A model generated the notes under the pieces. It made no database searches. It saw nothing but the letters and a program-made list of their open reading frames with translations, and was not told where the DNA came from. From Promethearchaeota archaeon (GTDB lineage Archaea > Asgardarchaeota > Lokiarchaeia > Sigyniarchaeales > SOKP01): 64,000 bases of DNA. Location of the stretch: the NCBI GenBank assembly GCA_019894975.1, contig JAGXNO010000015.1, positions 1 through 64,000 of the forward strand, given 5' to 3'. This document shows, piece after piece, positions 61,471 through 64,000 of the stretch. Made by a program: the position numbers and the translations under genes. Each line of letters starts with the position of its first letter. Positions within the stretch are counted from its first letter, which is position 1.

Positions 61471-62286
61471 GTGAAAAAAATAGGTATAATTATTGATAGA
61501 TATCATCTAGAACATAAAGTTTCTGAATTTTTAGAATACCTAAAAACTAAAGCGGAAGTAAAAATGTATGTTGAAGAAACTTTTCTCTTAGATAGTTCTA
61601 AATTGAAATTTGATGAAGACATATTTTTTGTTAAAGGGAAAGGAGATTTGATATTAGCCCTTATAAAATTAATAGCTGAACAAACTGACATTCCTGTTAT
61701 TAATTCATATAAGGGAACTTGGTTAGCAATTAATAGATTTTTGAATAGTGTAGTCCTGAAAAAGGCGGGTATACCTATTCCAGATTTTTCATTAAACCCT
61801 AAAGGAATTATACCGCCCTTTAAAGACTATATAATAAAAAATATAATCGATCAAAAAAATTATAAGTTTACACCAATTGTACATAAAGAAAATGGGCAAT
61901 TAAAAGTAGTGGATGAAAGAGCGTTAAATGAAGTTGATAAAACGGGCCCCAAATATAACTACCTCTATTATCAAAAATTTATAAGAAGCAAATGGGAATA
62001 TAAAATCTATGGAATTGGCGATCAAGTTTTCTTTAACAGACAATTGCCAATTTTAGTAAATCCTAATAAGTTGGAATCAAGATGTGAAATAGAAAAGATT
62101 CCTGAATTAGAAGAATATTGCTACAAAGCAATGGAAATTATGGATTTAAAATTGACTTCACTTGATTTTCTAAAATCAAAAGATCAATTCTACCTAACCG
62201 ATATAAACTGTACACCTAATTTTAATTATCTTAAAAATGGTCCCAAAATCGTTGCAGATTATTTATTAGAACTAGCAAAAAGATAA
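61471..62286 (+). CDS. ATP-grasp (ITPK1/RimK-like) protein 3
   Basis: YQKFI, YKIYGIGD, SLDFL, LTDINCTPNF. Confidence 0.7.
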   Translation: MKKIGIIIDRYHLEHKVSEFLEYLKTKAEVKMYVEETFLLDSSKLKFDEDIFFVKGKGDLILALIKLIAEQTDIPVINSYKGTWLAINRFLNSVVLKKAGIPIPDFSLNPKGIIPPFKDYIIKNIIDQKNYKFTPIVHKENGQLKVVDERALNEVDKTGPKYNYLYYQKFIRSKWEYKIYGIGDQVFFNRQLPILVNPNKLESRCEIEKIPELEEYCYKAMEIMDLKLTSLDFLKSKDQFYLTDINCTPNFNYLKNGPKIVADYLLELAKR

Positions 62287-62300
62287 CAAAGTGATGAAAA

Positions 62301-63098
62301 ATGAAGATTGGCATCCTCTCAAAAAGAAAAACTATGATGGCTGGCAAATTGAAATCATGTTTAGAGAATAAAGGATTTACTGTTTCAATTTACACATTAG
62401 AAAACTTAGTTATTGATGATTCACTTTTAAATCACGATTTTTTTATACTTAAGTCGAAAAGCTTATTTTTTCTGTATGCGGGATATTTCTTAGAAGCAAA
62501 TAATATTCCGGTAGTTCCCAAACCAGATGATTCTTTCATTCAAAAAAATCGAATACAGTCACATTTTTTAATTAAAAAATTAGGGCTGTTATGTCCTGAG
62601 ATCTATTTAGGAACACCAGATTCATTCAAAAACAATTTAAAGGAGTTTCCTTATATTTTAAAACCAATCATGGGATCAGGGAGTAGGGGAGTCCGGATAA
62701 TTAAATCAAATGAAGACTTATTAATAAAAGATAAGGGCATTCTATATATGGAAAAATTTATCTATGGTCTTCATTATAATGTTTACTTTATAGGAAATGA
62801 TATATGTACACTAATTAAACCTCCTTTATCACACGAACACGTAGACATGAAGAAAATCAAAACTCCTAACGATATTAAGAGTTTAATTGAAACATGGAAA
62901 GGTTATTTTAAAGGTGATCTCTTATTTGGGCATTTGGATATTGTAAGAGAAGAGTATAGTAATAAGTTATATGTTGTAGATCCTGGTTCCTTCCCTGAAT
63001 TTACAAACTGGAAGTGTGATGGATCACCACCTGAAAAAATCTGTAATATTATACTTGAGTATGTTAAAAAATTGAAATCCACAATAAATAATATTTAA
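62301..63098 (+). CDS. ATP-grasp (ITPK1/RimK-like) protein 4
   Basis: FPYILKPIMGSGSRGV, MEKFI, FGHLDIV, VVDPGSFPEF. Confidence 0.7.
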   Translation: MKIGILSKRKTMMAGKLKSCLENKGFTVSIYTLENLVIDDSLLNHDFFILKSKSLFFLYAGYFLEANNIPVVPKPDDSFIQKNRIQSHFLIKKLGLLCPEIYLGTPDSFKNNLKEFPYILKPIMGSGSRGVRIIKSNEDLLIKDKGILYMEKFIYGLHYNVYFIGNDICTLIKPPLSHEHVDMKKIKTPNDIKSLIETWKGYFKGDLLFGHLDIVREEYSNKLYVVDPGSFPEFTNWKCDGSPPEKICNIILEYVKKLKSTINNI

Positions 63099-63126
63099 TG
63101 TATATTAAGAAGAAATACTAGATAAA

Positions 63127-64000
63127 ATGAGCTCTCAAAAAGATATAGAAAAATCAAAGATTTATGGAGAGAAACAAAAGGTTAGATTATATAATCTCAA
63201 GCATTTTATATTTGATTTTGGTGGAGTCTTAATAGAAAAGACTTTTGTACTGAAAAATTTATTTGATATGCTTGAAGCAGATTTAAATTTTACAATTCCA
63301 CGGTTCGAAAACTCTTTTATTAGAAAAATTAAACGTAGTTTAAGTTCGGGAAGAATCTCTTCTCATGAATTTTTAGAAAAAATATTTGAAAAATATTATT
63401 ATCCATTTCAAAAGACCAATGGAGCGTTACCACCTAAAAAAGTAAATGTGGAATATTATGTAGAACTGTGGTTCGATTTATATTCTCAAGTTACTACTTT
63501 TTCATTAGTTATGGCCGAGATAATCGAACGGTTACATCAAGCAGGATATACTGTGAGTTTATTATCAAATACTCATGATATTCATGCCAAATCAAATATG
63601 TTGAAAGGATTTTATGATAATTTTGATAACGTATTTCTCTCAAATGAAATTGGATTAATTAAACCTGATATGGAGAAGTACAAGTATGTTATCAAGAAAT
63701 TAGATACATCCCCAAAGAAATGTGTATTTATTGATGACAAAATTCTAAATTTAGTCCCTGCTAGAGAATTAGGGATGATAGTTATTAGATTTGAATCATT
63801 TGAGAGATTTAAGAAAACTTTAAATGAATTAGGAATAGGAAATATCAATAAAAATCTTCGACATGATATAAAGGAAAAATATAAAAAATACAAAAAGAGT
63901 AAGAAAAAATATAAAAAGGTAAAAAAAGAATATAAAAAAGCTAAGAAGGAGTACTTGAAAAAGAAAGGAAAATCTCTTAAAAGAAAATTAGCATTTCAGC
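63127..64000 (+). CDS. HAD-superfamily phosphatase (YihX-like) with Lys-rich C-terminal tail; runs off window end
   Basis: Not in ORF track. Manual translation: MSSQKDIEK...FIFDFGGVL...LLSNT...SNEIGLIKPD...FIDDKILNL...KEKYKKYKKSKKKYKKVKKEYKKAKKEYLKKKGK. Confidence 0.88.
   Translation, partial: MSSQKDIEKSKIYGEKQKVRLYNLKHFIFDFGGVLIEKTFVLKNLFDMLEADLNFTIPRFENSFIRKIKRSLSSGRISSHEFLEKIFEKYYYPFQKTNGALPPKKVNVEYYVELWFDLYSQVTTFSLVMAEIIERLHQAGYTVSLLSNTHDIHAKSNMLKGFYDNFDNVFLSNEIGLIKPDMEKYKYVIKKLDTSPKKCVFIDDKILNLVPARELGMIVIRFESFERFKKTLNELGIGNINKNLRHDIKEKYKKYKKSKKKYKKVKKEYKKAKKEYLKKKGKSLKRKLAFQ

Noticed and set aside
399-63893. Numerous short antisense or overlapping ORFs in the track (e.g. 4144-4398, 46505-46918, 63612-63893)
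   Set aside because: They are shadows of well-supported genes on the opposite strand or in another frame
1-64000. CRISPR arrays, IS elements, rRNA genes, replication origin ORB repeats
   Set aside because: No regularly spaced repeats, transposase motifs, rRNA sequence or ORB consensus recognised

Overview
This is an AT-rich (~30% GC) archaeal chromosomal window, most likely from an Asgard archaeon (Lokiarchaeia-like). The assignment rests on aCPSF1/FttA, an EF-2 paralogue lacking the diphthamide motif, roadblock- and longin-like proteins, an ino1 + 4x ITPK1-like ATP-grasp cluster and an archaeal-type tRNA-Gln. It is mostly housekeeping and metabolism: gyrBA, folP, cofE, asnS-gatA-gatB, hisA, purN, pncA, uppP, two tRNAs and a damaged che operon. 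No integrase, transposase or CRISPR array was seen. The main discovery is that gyrB is split inside its conserved N-terminal motif (LKGLDGV^RKRPAMY) by a 53-nt structured insertion (7626-7678). The insertion folds into a three-way junction and its ends form a relaxed bulge-helix-bulge, making it a candidate tRNA-endonuclease-spliced intron in an essential protein-coding gene. A non-canonical D-loop intron in the tRNA-Gln in this window suggests the splicing capacity exists. Other points of interest: a cheA'/'cheB junction that a 34-nt repeat-bounded excision would fuse in frame; two intergenic rod-like structured RNA candidates; a Zn-finger/winged-helix/appendage-like 790-aa protein; tandem head-rod-tail coiled-coil paralogues; and a HAD phosphatase with a poly-Lys tail in the inositol phosphate cluster. 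All family calls come from motif recognition by eye; no database search was run.
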